From Candidatus Limnocylindria bacterium (GTDB lineage Bacteria; Chloroflexota; Limnocylindria; QHBO01), in NCBI GenBank assembly GCA_036274575.1, contig DASUFJ010000021.1, forward strand, positions 8,347-72,346: a DNA stretch of 64,000 nucleotides, read 5' to 3'. The notes under the pieces were generated by a model. The model was not told the origin of the DNA, ran no database searches, and saw only the letters and a list, made by a program, of their open reading frames with translations. Both the position numbers and the translations under genes were made by a program. Numbering within the stretch: the first letter of the stretch is position 1; every line of letters begins with the position of its first letter. Shown piece by piece: positions 35,135 through 44,900 of this stretch.

Positions 35135-38100
35135 ATGACCCGAGCGCCATCCCGACCAGGGCCAGCGACGGCTCCGCCCATCGGCGCGGTGCAGCCGCCG
35201 GATACCCACGCCATGCTGGCGCATGCGGTCGACGAGGCGGCGCGACTTCTGAAGGCCGACGGCGCGATGGTCTACCTGGTCGACGGCGAGCGGATGCGCT
35301 TCGCGGTCGATGCGGGGATCAAGAACGCCGAGGCGCAGCAGCTCATCCGCGACATGTCGCTGGATACGGGCGTCGGGCTCTTTGGCCATGCCGTTGCGAC
35401 CCGGGAGCTCGTCGTCACCGGCGACTACCGGAAGGACAAGCGGTTCTCCCACTCACCGACCGCGGACCGCATCGCCGACATCGCCAGCATGCGCTCGATG
35501 GCCGCCGCGCCGCTCATCTCGGGCGACGAGGTGCTGGGAGCCATCGGCGCCTATTCCTCGAGGCTCGATGACTTCACCGAGGCGGAGCTCGCACTGCTCC
35601 GCGCCCTGGCCGACCACGCAGCTGCCGCGATCGGCAACCAGCGGCTCATCGAGCGACTGGCCCGATCGCAGGAGGAGCTGGCGCGGAGGGTCGAGGCCCA
35701 GCGCACGCTGGGCGAGATCGCGGCACGCATCGCGGTGATCCGCGAGCCGGAGGCGGTGCTCCGGTCGGTGGTCGACGCGGCGCGCCGTCTCATCGGCTCC
35801 GACGGTGCGCACATGACCGAGATGCTGCCCGGTGGGATGGCGCTGCGACCGACCGTGGTCGTCGGCGGCAATCCGGCGTGGACGGAGGAGTGGCTGGCAC
35901 AGCTCCAGTTTCCGGTCAACGACGGCATCAACGGGCTTGCCGCCGGCACCGGCGCCGTCGTCGCCACCGAGGACTACCCGCTCGACCCGCGCATCCCCCA
36001 CGAGCCGACCGACCAGACCGTCGCCGAGCGCCTCGAGCTGCGAGGCATGGCCGCGGCTCCCCTGCGCGGCCCGGAGGGGAGGGTGATGGGCACGCTCGCC
36101 GTGTCCTTCGAGCGTCCGCATCGGTTCGGTGGCGACGAGCTGGAGCTCCTCCAGGGCCTCGCCGACCAGGGTGCCATCGCCATCGCGAACGCCAGGCTGA
36201 CCGAGGAGCTGCAGACGCACTCCGACGAGCTCGCACGCCGGGTCGACACGCAGCGAACGCTGGCCGAGATGGCGGCGCAGCTGACCTCGGTACGCGATCC
36301 GTCGGCGGTGCTGATCCAGACGCTCAAGGCGGCGGTGCGCCTGCTCAAGGGCCACGGCGGACAGATCGGCATGGTCTTCGCCGACGAGGAGGGCACGCTC
36401 CGCTGGGGCGATGGCCACTCGCTCGTCCACGGACGGCTGGTCCCGTTCACCAAGCAGGATCGCACGCGCGTGGACGACGGGATCTCTGGCAGATCAGTCC
36501 GCGAGCGCCGGCCGTCCTGGACCGACGACTACCTCGCCGACCAGTCGTTCCCCCACGACGACCGCTCGGACGAGGTCGGGCGCAGGCTCGGCATCCGGTC
36601 CGTCATGGCCGCGCCGCTCATCGGTGAGGAGGGCGCCGTGGGCGCCATCGGTGTGTACTCCGAGGAGCCTGGCGTCTTCGATGCCGATGACGGCGATCTG
36701 CTGGGCCTCCTGGCGGCGCAGGCGACCATCGTCCTCAGCAACGCCCGTCTCAACGCGGAAGCGGAGGTCTTCGCCGAGCAGCTGGCGCACCAGGTCGAGG
36801 CACAGCGCACGCTGGGTCGCATCGCCGCCTCGATCACCTCGCTGCGCGACCCGTCCGCGGTCCTGAGCCGGACGGTCGACGAGACGAAGCGCCTTCTTCA
36901 CGCCGACCACGTGATCATCCACCAGGTGCGCCCGGGGACCCACGAGCTCGCCGACTTCCGCGACGTGCTCACCGTCGGGGCCGATACGCCGGCGGCCGAT
37001 GAGGTCACGGTCAGCATCGGACAGGGAATCGCCGGGAGGGCGATCTCGGAGCAGCGCGTGTCATGGACGGGCAACTACCTCGCTGATGAGTCGTTCCAGC
37101 ACACGACGAGGGCCGACGAGTGGATCACGCGCTTCGGCTACCGATCGCAGATGAGCGCGCCGCTCATCGGTGAGGAGGGCGCGCTGGGCGCCATCAGCGC
37201 CTACTCGACGCGGTCCGACGCCTTCGGCGACGAGGACAGCGAGCTGCTCGGGGCTCTCGCCAGCCAGGCGGCGATCGTGCTGGGCAACGCCCGCCTCTAT
37301 GAGGAGCTCGAGCACCGGGTCGAGGCGCAGCGCTCGCTCGGCGCGATCGCCGCCCGCATCACGGCCATCCGCGAGCCCGGCGACGTCCTCCAGCGAACCC
37401 TCGACGAGGCGGTCCGCCTCCTGGACGCGGATGGCGGCCGGATCGAGCTCGTCTCCGAAGGGGGTGGCCTGCACTGGGCCTTCGGGCATTCGGCCATCGA
37501 CCTGCCCATCGAGCGAGCGGTGGGCGAGAGCCCCGTCGCCGCGGACGAGGGCGTCTCCGGTCGCGCGGTGGCCGAGCGCCGGGTGGTCCGCACCGGCGAC
37601 TATCTCGCCGACGAGGGCTTCTCCCACGCCGAGGCTCCGGACCGATACATCCGCCAGCACGGCATCCGGTCAGTCATGAGCGCGCCGCTCATCGGTGAGC
37701 TGGGAGCCATCGGCTCGCTCACCGTCCACTCTCAGACGCGCGAGGCGTTCGACGAGTCCGATGCCGAGCTCCTCGAGGTCCTCGCCAGCCAGGCGGCGAT
37801 CGCGGTCACCAACGCCAGGCTGTACGAGCAGCTGCGCGACCGCATCGACGCCCAGCGGACGCTCGCCTCCATCACCGCCGAGATCGCCGCGCTCCACGAG
37901 CCGGCCACCGTGCTCCAGCGCACCGCGGAGGAGGCACTGCGCCTGCTGCACGCCGATGCCGCGATCATCAACCCGCTCGAGGAGGACGAGACGCTCCTCG
38001 GGTGGCCGATCGCCTACGCGCCGTCGGACGGCCCGGCGGACGACGTTCCGGTGCGAGTCGGCCATGGCGTCAGCGGCCGGGCGATGTCCGAGCGCCGCGT

Positions 38101-40417
38101 CGTGCGCACCGGTGACTACCTCACCGATGCCGCCTTCGACCACGACGGTGAGCTGGACGACTACATCCGGCGCCGCGGGAGCCGATCGGTGATGAGCGCA
38201 CCACTCATCAGCAGCGCCGGTGGACTCGGCGTCCTGACCGTCCAGTCCGCCCGGGCGAACGCCTTCGACGAGGGCGACGCCGAGCTGCTGCGCCTCCTGG
38301 CCGACCAGGCGGCGATCGCCATCACGAACGCGCGTCTCTACGACGAGCTCGGCGACGAGTCGGCGGCGCTCGCGCGCCAGACCGATTCCCAGCGGCGACT
38401 GCTCGAGATCAACCAGGAGCTCCTGTCGACGCTGGAGCCGGAGGGCGTCCTCAACCTCATCGCCGACGGAATGAAGACCGTGGTCTGGTACGACAACCTC
38501 GCCATCTACCGGGTCGACGACAACGAGGAGATGCTCACCCCGGTCCTGGCGCGGGACCAGAACGCGGCGGCCGTGCTCGAGTTCCCGGTCCCGAAGGGAA
38601 GCGGCCTGACGTGGTGGACGATCGAGCACCGCGAGCCGGTGCTGCTCAACGATGCGCTCGACGATCCGCGCCTCGTCCAGATCCCGGGCACACCGCTCGA
38701 GGAGGAGGCGATCATCTCCGTGCCCCTCATCTCGGGCGACGAGGTCGTGGGCGCCATGAACATCAGCCGCACGGGCGGCGCCGAGGTCTCCTTCACCGAC
38801 GTCGACTTCGAGCTCGTCCGCCTCTTCGCCGCGCAGGCCGCGGTGGCGATCACCAACGCCCGCCTCTACGAGCAGCTGCGGGAGCGCATTGACGCGCAGC
38901 GCTCGCTGGCCGAGATCGCCGCACAGATCGCCTCGCTGCACGAGCCGCAGACGGTCCTCGATCGCGCGGTGGCCGACGCGGCGAGGCTGCTGCGAGCCGA
39001 TCGGGCCCAGATCAACCTGCTCGGTGACACCCCTGGGCACCTCGACCCGCCGATCGCCGCGGCGCCCGTCCCGCCCTCGCAGGAGGACGTGGTCGTGCCG
39101 ATCGGGTCCGGCATCGCGGGGATGGCCGCCGCCGAGCGGACGGTTCGCTGGACCGGCGACTATCTGGCCGACGACGCGTTCCCCCACGACGAGGGCGACA
39201 CCTGGATCGAGGCCCAGGACATCCATTCCATGATGTCGGCGCCGCTGCTCGGCCCGGACCGCCTCATCGGAACGATCACGGTCCAGGCCGTGGAGCGGGC
39301 GGCCTTCGGCACCGAGGACGCCGAGCTCCTCCAGCTCCTCGCCGACCAGGCGGCGATCGCGCTCACCAACGCGCGCCTGTACGCCGAGCTGGAGGAGTCG
39401 GAGCGCCGCTACCGCCACCTGGTCGACTACTCGCCCGACATCGTGTGGAGCCTCGACGCCGACGGCATCATCACCTACGTCAGCGACTCGCTCGAGCCGC
39501 GCTCGGGCTGGAAGCCGGAGCAGATCATCGGTCAGCCGTACTCGGTCATGATCAACGCGGATCGTCCGGAGGCCGTCGCCGTGTGGGAGGCGGTCCGGGA
39601 GCGACCCACCGAGGAGCACCGCCTGCGGACCGAGATGCCGCTGCTCGACGGCCGCCGCGCCCAGGTGGAGGTGGCGATGACCGGCACCATCGTCGATGGC
39701 AAGTTCGCCGGCGCTCATGGATCGGTCCGCGACATCAGCGAGCGGGAGCGGCTCGAGGGCGACCTGCGCAGCCAGGCGGCGGAGCTCGCGGCCAGCCAGG
39801 AGCGCGCCCACCTCGCACGCGAGCTGCACGACTCGGTCACGCAGGCGCTGTTCAGCATGGGGCTGACGCTCCGCACGCTCGAGCTGCTTCTGAACTCGGA
39901 CCCGGAGGGGGCGCGGACGAAGCTGATGGAGCTGCGGGAGCTCCAGAAGGATGCCCTGGCCGAGATGCGCACGCTCATTTTCGAGCTGCGTCCGTCGTCG
40001 CTCGAGTCCGACGGCCTGGTCCAGGCGCTGCGGACCCACGCCACGGCGGTCCAGCGGCGGACGGGCCTGGTCATCGTCGTCGACGCGGAGCCGATCGAGC
40101 GCATGCCGCTGCCCGCGGAGGAGGCGCTGTACCGCATCGGCCAGGAGGCGCTCCACAACGTCGTGAAGCACGCCAATGCCGCGAACGCCACCATCAAGAT
40201 CTGGATCGAAGCCGATCGGGTCCACCTCGCGGTGACCGATGACGGCGAGGGCTTCGACCCGGCCGACGTGCCGCGCGGTAGTCACCTGGGCCTCATCGGG
40301 ATGCGACAGCGCGTGGATCTCGTCGGCGGCGAGCTGCGCGTCGAGAGCCACAAGGGGACTGGTACGACCATCGCCGCCTCGGTACCGCAGGTCGGAGCGT
40401 CTGAATCGGCGGAATGA
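35135..40417 (+). CDS. soluble sensor histidine kinase with eight tandem GAF modules, one PAS, HisKA_3 and HATPase_c
   Basis: 1760 aa. Eight recurrences of the motif ..LL..LA.QAAIA..NARLY.. plus linker R.VEAQRTL..IA..I....EP..VL. PAS-like YRHLVDYSPDIVWSLDADGIITYVSDS. H-box ARELHDSVTQALF. N/G boxes LHNVVKHANA, DDGEGFD and GLIGMRQRV. An alternative start is ATG 35213 (MLAHAVDEAARLL). Confidence 0.92.
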   Translation: MTRAPSRPGPATAPPIGAVQPPDTHAMLAHAVDEAARLLKADGAMVYLVDGERMRFAVDAGIKNAEAQQLIRDMSLDTGVGLFGHAVATRELVVTGDYRKDKRFSHSPTADRIADIASMRSMAAAPLISGDEVLGAIGAYSSRLDDFTEAELALLRALADHAAAAIGNQRLIERLARSQEELARRVEAQRTLGEIAARIAVIREPEAVLRSVVDAARRLIGSDGAHMTEMLPGGMALRPTVVVGGNPAWTEEWLAQLQFPVNDGINGLAAGTGAVVATEDYPLDPRIPHEPTDQTVAERLELRGMAAAPLRGPEGRVMGTLAVSFERPHRFGGDELELLQGLADQGAIAIANARLTEELQTHSDELARRVDTQRTLAEMAAQLTSVRDPSAVLIQTLKAAVRLLKGHGGQIGMVFADEEGTLRWGDGHSLVHGRLVPFTKQDRTRVDDGISGRSVRERRPSWTDDYLADQSFPHDDRSDEVGRRLGIRSVMAAPLIGEEGAVGAIGVYSEEPGVFDADDGDLLGLLAAQATIVLSNARLNAEAEVFAEQLAHQVEAQRTLGRIAASITSLRDPSAVLSRTVDETKRLLHADHVIIHQVRPGTHELADFRDVLTVGADTPAADEVTVSIGQGIAGRAISEQRVSWTGNYLADESFQHTTRADEWITRFGYRSQMSAPLIGEEGALGAISAYSTRSDAFGDEDSELLGALASQAAIVLGNARLYEELEHRVEAQRSLGAIAARITAIREPGDVLQRTLDEAVRLLDADGGRIELVSEGGGLHWAFGHSAIDLPIERAVGESPVAADEGVSGRAVAERRVVRTGDYLADEGFSHAEAPDRYIRQHGIRSVMSAPLIGELGAIGSLTVHSQTREAFDESDAELLEVLASQAAIAVTNARLYEQLRDRIDAQRTLASITAEIAALHEPATVLQRTAEEALRLLHADAAIINPLEEDETLLGWPIAYAPSDGPADDVPVRVGHGVSGRAMSERRVVRTGDYLTDAAFDHDGELDDYIRRRGSRSVMSAPLISSAGGLGVLTVQSARANAFDEGDAELLRLLADQAAIAITNARLYDELGDESAALARQTDSQRRLLEINQELLSTLEPEGVLNLIADGMKTVVWYDNLAIYRVDDNEEMLTPVLARDQNAAAVLEFPVPKGSGLTWWTIEHREPVLLNDALDDPRLVQIPGTPLEEEAIISVPLISGDEVVGAMNISRTGGAEVSFTDVDFELVRLFAAQAAVAITNARLYEQLRERIDAQRSLAEIAAQIASLHEPQTVLDRAVADAARLLRADRAQINLLGDTPGHLDPPIAAAPVPPSQEDVVVPIGSGIAGMAAAERTVRWTGDYLADDAFPHDEGDTWIEAQDIHSMMSAPLLGPDRLIGTITVQAVERAAFGTEDAELLQLLADQAAIALTNARLYAELEESERRYRHLVDYSPDIVWSLDADGIITYVSDSLEPRSGWKPEQIIGQPYSVMINADRPEAVAVWEAVRERPTEEHRLRTEMPLLDGRRAQVEVAMTGTIVDGKFAGAHGSVRDISERERLEGDLRSQAAELAASQERAHLARELHDSVTQALFSMGLTLRTLELLLNSDPEGARTKLMELRELQKDALAEMRTLIFELRPSSLESDGLVQALRTHATAVQRRTGLVIVVDAEPIERMPLPAEEALYRIGQEALHNVVKHANAANATIKIWIEADRVHLAVTDDGEGFDPADVPRGSHLGLIGMRQRVDLVGGELRVESHKGTGTTIAASVPQVGASESAE
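35213..39380 (+). repeat. intragenic array of eight GAF-coding modules (period about 520-550 nt)
   Basis: Linker motifs recur near 35686, 36238, 36790, 37312, 37840, 38380 and 38883. Similarity is at the protein level and partly visible at the DNA level. Boundaries are approximate. Confidence 0.7.
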
Positions 40418-40480
40418 CGTAGTCGGCGCTGCGCCATAGCGCCAGTGGTCGTCCGCAGGCCAGCGGCATAGGCTCAGTTC

Positions 40481-40870
40481 ATGCCGCTCAGCCCGCTGCC
40501 CGATTCGAGGACCCCTCCGCGGGTGCTGATCGTGGATGCGGACCGTCGCGTGCAGCAGAGCCTTTCAGACCTCCTCGGCATCACCGGGGAGGTCGACGTC
40601 GTGGGGCGCGCCGGCGACGTCCGCGCGGCGCTCGAGCAGGTCGAGATGTCGCATCCCGATGTCGTCCTCATGGACCCGCGACTTCCCGACATCGAGGCCG
40701 GGGTCGCGCTCATCGGGGGCATGAGCCGCGCGTGGCCGGGCCTGCGGATCGTGCTCACCGGCTGGAGCGACACGGAGGGCCACGCACTGACGAACGTGCC
40801 CACCCGATACGTGAGCAAGGACGGCACACCCGAGGAATTCGTCCGCGCCGTCCTCAGGGCCTGCGCGTAG
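40481..40870 (+). CDS. single-domain response regulator (receiver only, NarL-like REC without HTH)
   Basis: RVLIVDAD, phospho-acceptor in VVLMDPRLPD, T in VLTGW, K in YVSKD. Ends after the REC fold (129 aa). Starts 63 nt downstream of the GAF kinase. Confidence 0.88.
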   Translation: MPLSPLPDSRTPPRVLIVDADRRVQQSLSDLLGITGEVDVVGRAGDVRAALEQVEMSHPDVVLMDPRLPDIEAGVALIGGMSRAWPGLRIVLTGWSDTEGHALTNVPTRYVSKDGTPEEFVRAVLRACA

Positions 40871-40919
40871 TCCTCAGCCCTCGACCGCCAACCTGGCCGC
40901 GCCCCGTTGACGGCGCCCG

Positions 40920-41954
40920 TCAGAGATCCAGAGCCTGCCGCACCGACGCGAAGTCGGGCGGGATCGGTGTGAGCGAGCCCTCGTCGGCCTGGATGGCGTC
41001 CGGATCCTTCAGGCCATGACCGGTCAACACGCAGACCACCACCTCCTGCGGGCCGATGCGTCCGTCGCGTCGCAGGGTGCGCACGCCGGCCACGCCGGCA
41101 GCGGACGCGGGCTCGCAGAAGACACCCTCCATCGCCACCACCATGCGCTGCGCCTCGAGGATCTCCTCGTCGCTCACCGCCTCGATGCTGCCACCGGACT
41201 CGTCGCGCGCCGCGGTCGCACCCGCCCATGACGCCGGGTTGCCGATGCGGATCGCGGTCGCCACCGTCTCCGGTGACTCAACCATCTCGCCGCGAACGAT
41301 CGGCGCCGCGCCCTCGGCCTGGAAGCCGAGCATCCGCGGCCGGCCGCGTTCGTATCTGACGAAGCCGCGCCAGTAGGCGGTGATGTTGCCGGCGTTGCCC
41401 ACCGGCAGGGCGAGCGCATCCGGCGCACGGCCCAGCACGTCGACGACCTCCCACGCCGCGGTCTGCTGTCCCTCGAGTCGATCGGGGTTGATCGAGTTGA
41501 CGACGACCGCGACGCCCTCGTCCCCGAGCCGGCGGACCGCGTCGAGCGCCGCGTCGAAATTGCCATCGACCATCGTCAGCCGAGCTCCGGCGGCCAGCGC
41601 CTGCGCCAGCTTGCCACGAGCCACCTTCCCGGCCGGCAGGATGACGTGGCAGGGGAGTCCGGCCGCCGCCGCGTATGCCGCCGCCGAGGCCGACGTATTG
41701 CCGGTCGACGCGCAGACGACGGCCTGCGCGCCCGCGCTCAGGGCGCGGTTGACGGCGAGCACCATGCCGCGATCCTTGAACGAGCCGGTTGGGTTCGTGC
41801 CCTCGAACTTCAGGTGGAGCGCGTTGAGGCCGATCTCGGCGCCGAGACGCCGCGCATGGATGAGCGGGGTGCCTCCCTCGCCGAGCGTCAGGCGGAACGA
41901 CTCGTCGTCGCGCGCCAGGAGGCTGCGGTAGCGCTCGAGGAGTGGTGGGATCAC
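40920..41954 (-). CDS. thrC: threonine synthase
   Basis: PLP-lysine motif FEGTNPTGSFKDRG, plus ASTGNTSAS and GNAGN. Confidence 0.93.
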   Translation of the reverse strand: MIPPLLERYRSLLARDDESFRLTLGEGGTPLIHARRLGAEIGLNALHLKFEGTNPTGSFKDRGMVLAVNRALSAGAQAVVCASTGNTSASAAAYAAAAGLPCHVILPAGKVARGKLAQALAAGARLTMVDGNFDAALDAVRRLGDEGVAVVVNSINPDRLEGQQTAAWEVVDVLGRAPDALALPVGNAGNITAYWRGFVRYERGRPRMLGFQAEGAAPIVRGEMVESPETVATAIRIGNPASWAGATAARDESGGSIEAVSDEEILEAQRMVVAMEGVFCEPASAAGVAGVRTLRRDGRIGPQEVVVCVLTGHGLKDPDAIQADEGSLTPIPPDFASVRQALDL

Positions 41955-41988
41955 GCCGCTGAGTATGACCGCCGCGCGGCGCCTCCCG

Positions 41989-44900
41989 CTATCGCTCGGT
42001 CAGCGCCTCGCGGACGATCCGGGCCTGCTCGACATGGTGCGTCGCCGGGTAGCCCTCGGCCGGGCGGGATCGTTCGGGCCGCGAGATGTCGCCGAGCGGG
42101 ATCTTGTACGGCACGAGATGTCGGATGCGGGGCAGGACGAACTTGCGGGCCCCCATGTTCCGCGGCTCCTCCTGGACCCAGGCGAACGACTCGATCTTCG
42201 GATAGCGATCGAGGATCGGCTGCAGGTCCTCCGCGGGGAACGGGTAGAGGCGCTCCACCCGGACGACGGCGACGTCCTTGGCAGCCTCGAAGTCCGGCGA
42301 GGCGAGGAGGTCGTAGTAGACCTTTCCGCTGCACAGCAGGAGACGGCGCACGCGGCCGGCGGCGCGGTCGCTGGAGAAGCGCGGATCGTCGAGGACCGAA
42401 CGGAAGGCGCCGTCGGCCAGCTCGCCCGGACGAGACGCCGCCTGCGGCAGGCGGAGCAGCGACTTCGGCGTCATGACCACCAGCGGCCTCGCGTCGGGGT
42501 GGCGGGCCTGGCGGCGGAGGAGGTGGAAGTACTGTGCCGGCGTGGTGGGGTAGACGACGCGGATGTTGCCCTCCGCGCCGAGCGCCAGGAACCGCTCGAG
42601 CCGCGCCGACGAGTGCTCCGGCCCCGATCCCTCGTAGCCGTGCGGCAGGAGGAGGGTGAGCCGTGACGTCTGACGCCACTTGGCGAGGCCGGAGACGAGG
42701 AACTGGTCGATGATGATCTCGGCCCCGTTGACGAAGTCCCCGTACTGCGCCTCCCACAGGACGAGCGCGTCGGGCGCCGCTACGGCATAGCCGTACTCGA
42801 AGCCGAGGCAGGCGTATTCGGACAGCGGCGAGTTGTGGAGCTCGAAGCTCGCCTTCGCGCCGGGGAGGTGCTGGAGCGGAACGTGGGGCTCGCCGGTCCC
42901 GGCATCCCACAGCCCCGCGTGGCGCTGGCTGAACGTGCCACGCACCGTGTCCTGGCCGGTGAGCCGCACCGGAATCCCCTCGCGAAGCAGGGATGCAAAG
43001 GCCAGGAGCTCGGCGTGCGCCCAGTTGACCGATGGCTGGTCGCGGTCCAGGGCGTGGACGCGCTGCTCGAGCTGCTTGACCAGCTTGGGATGCACCGCGA
43101 ACCCGTCGGGAACGTTGGCCATCCCCGCGTTGAGGTCGCGGAGTGTCTCGAGCGGCACCGGGATCTCCGGCTCGCCGACGTCCTCGGGCGGCAGCGCCTC
43201 CGGACCGCGGTCGAGCTCCGGCTCCGGCTCCTCGGCGCGCTTGCGCACGGTCGCCTGCCGTTTCGCGAGGTCGCGCTGTGCGTCCTTCACCAGCTTGTCG
43301 GCCTGCGCCTCGGAGATGACCCCGGCCTCGACCAGCCTGGCCTGATAGAGCTCACGGACCGATGGATGGTCGTCGATCGCGGCATACATGGCCGGCTGCG
43401 AGTACGCCGGCTCGTCGCCCTCGTTGTGCCCGTATCGGCGGTAGCCGACGAGGTCGATGACGACGTCGTGCCCGAATCGCTCTCGGTACATCATCGCCAG
43501 GCGCGCCGCGGCCAGGCACGCCTCCGGATCGTCGGCGTTGACGTGGACGATCGGCGCGTCGAAGCCCTTCGCCAGGTCCGAGGAGTAGTCGGTCGAGCGT
43601 CCCTCGCGCGTGCCGGTCGTGAAGCCGACCTGGTTGTTCGCGATGAGATGGACCGTGCCGCCGGTGGCATAGCCATCCAGCCTGGCGAGGTTGAGCGTCT
43701 CGGCCACCACTCCCTGGGCGGCGAACGCCGCGTCGCCATGGATGAGGATCGGGAGCGTCGTGTCGTGGTCGACCGTCACGATCGGGCGCGATCTGTCCGT
43801 CTGCTCGGCGCGCGTTCGGCCCTCGATCACCGGGTTCACGGCCTCCAGGTGGCTCGGATTCGGCGACAGGATGACCCGCACCTCCGCGTCGTCGCTGGCG
43901 AGGAACGAGCCCTCGGCGCCGAGGTGGTACTTCACGTCGTCGGAGCCGCCCTTCGGCGCCGTCGGCGCATCGGTCCCGGCACGTCCCGCCTCGAACTCCG
44001 CGAGGATGGCCTCGTAGCTCACGCCCACGACGTGGGCCAGCACGTTGAGCCGTCCGCGGTGCGCCATGCCGATCATCACGCGCCGCGCACCCTGGTCGGC
44101 GGCGTCCCCGAGGATGACGTCCAGCATCGGGACCATGGTGTCGAGGCCCTCGATGCTGAACCGCTTCTGGCCCAGGTACGCGCGATGAAGGAAGCGCTCC
44201 AGGGCCTCCACGCTGACCAGGCGCTCGAAGAGGGCGAGCTGGTCCTCGGCCTCCATCGGCCTCCGATGCTCGCCCGACTCGATGACCCGGCGCAGCCAGA
44301 CGCGCTCCTCGTGGGAGCCGATGTGTTCGACCTCGTAGGCGATCGTCCCCGAGTACGTGTCGCGAAGGCGGGGCAGCGCCTCGCCGAGCGTTGCGCCGGG
44401 CACGTAGATCCGCATGAGCTCGGCCGGGATGCCCGCCATGTTCGCCTCAGTCAGACCCAGCGGACCCGGGTCGAGGGCCGGGTCACCGGGCGGTTCGGAG
44501 CCCAGCGGGTCGAGATGCGCGGCAAGGTGGCCGAAGTGCCGGTACGCCTTGACCAGCGCCATCCCGGCCGCCACCGCCTTCAGCGGCTCGTCGGCGTCGC
44601 CGGCGGTCGCGGGCGGCGGCGCGGCGATCGCCTCGGCGGGCGCCGGCATGGGCTCGCCCGTCGTCACGTCCGCAGCTCGGGCCCCGAGAGCAGCGAAGAC
44701 ATCGGCATAGAAGGCGTCCTCTCCGGACAGCAGCGCCTCGACGCGACGCAGGAAGGCTCCGGACTCGGCGCCCTGGATGATCCGGTGGTCGTAGGTCGAG
44801 GTGATCGTCATGCGGCGCTCGCCGCCCACGTCGCGGATCGCTCCCGTCGCGACGATGGTGCCCTGGTTCGGCATCAGCCGCGGCACGCTCATCGTCGTGC

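Noticed and set aside
37670-40351. An 893-aa minus-strand ORF, and similar long ORFs at 1400..2968, 10046..12274, 28198..30024, 62771..63952 and elsewhere.
   Set aside because: All lie opposite genes with clear motif support, and all have the Arg/Gly/Pro-rich, motif-free composition of antisense frames in GC-rich DNA.
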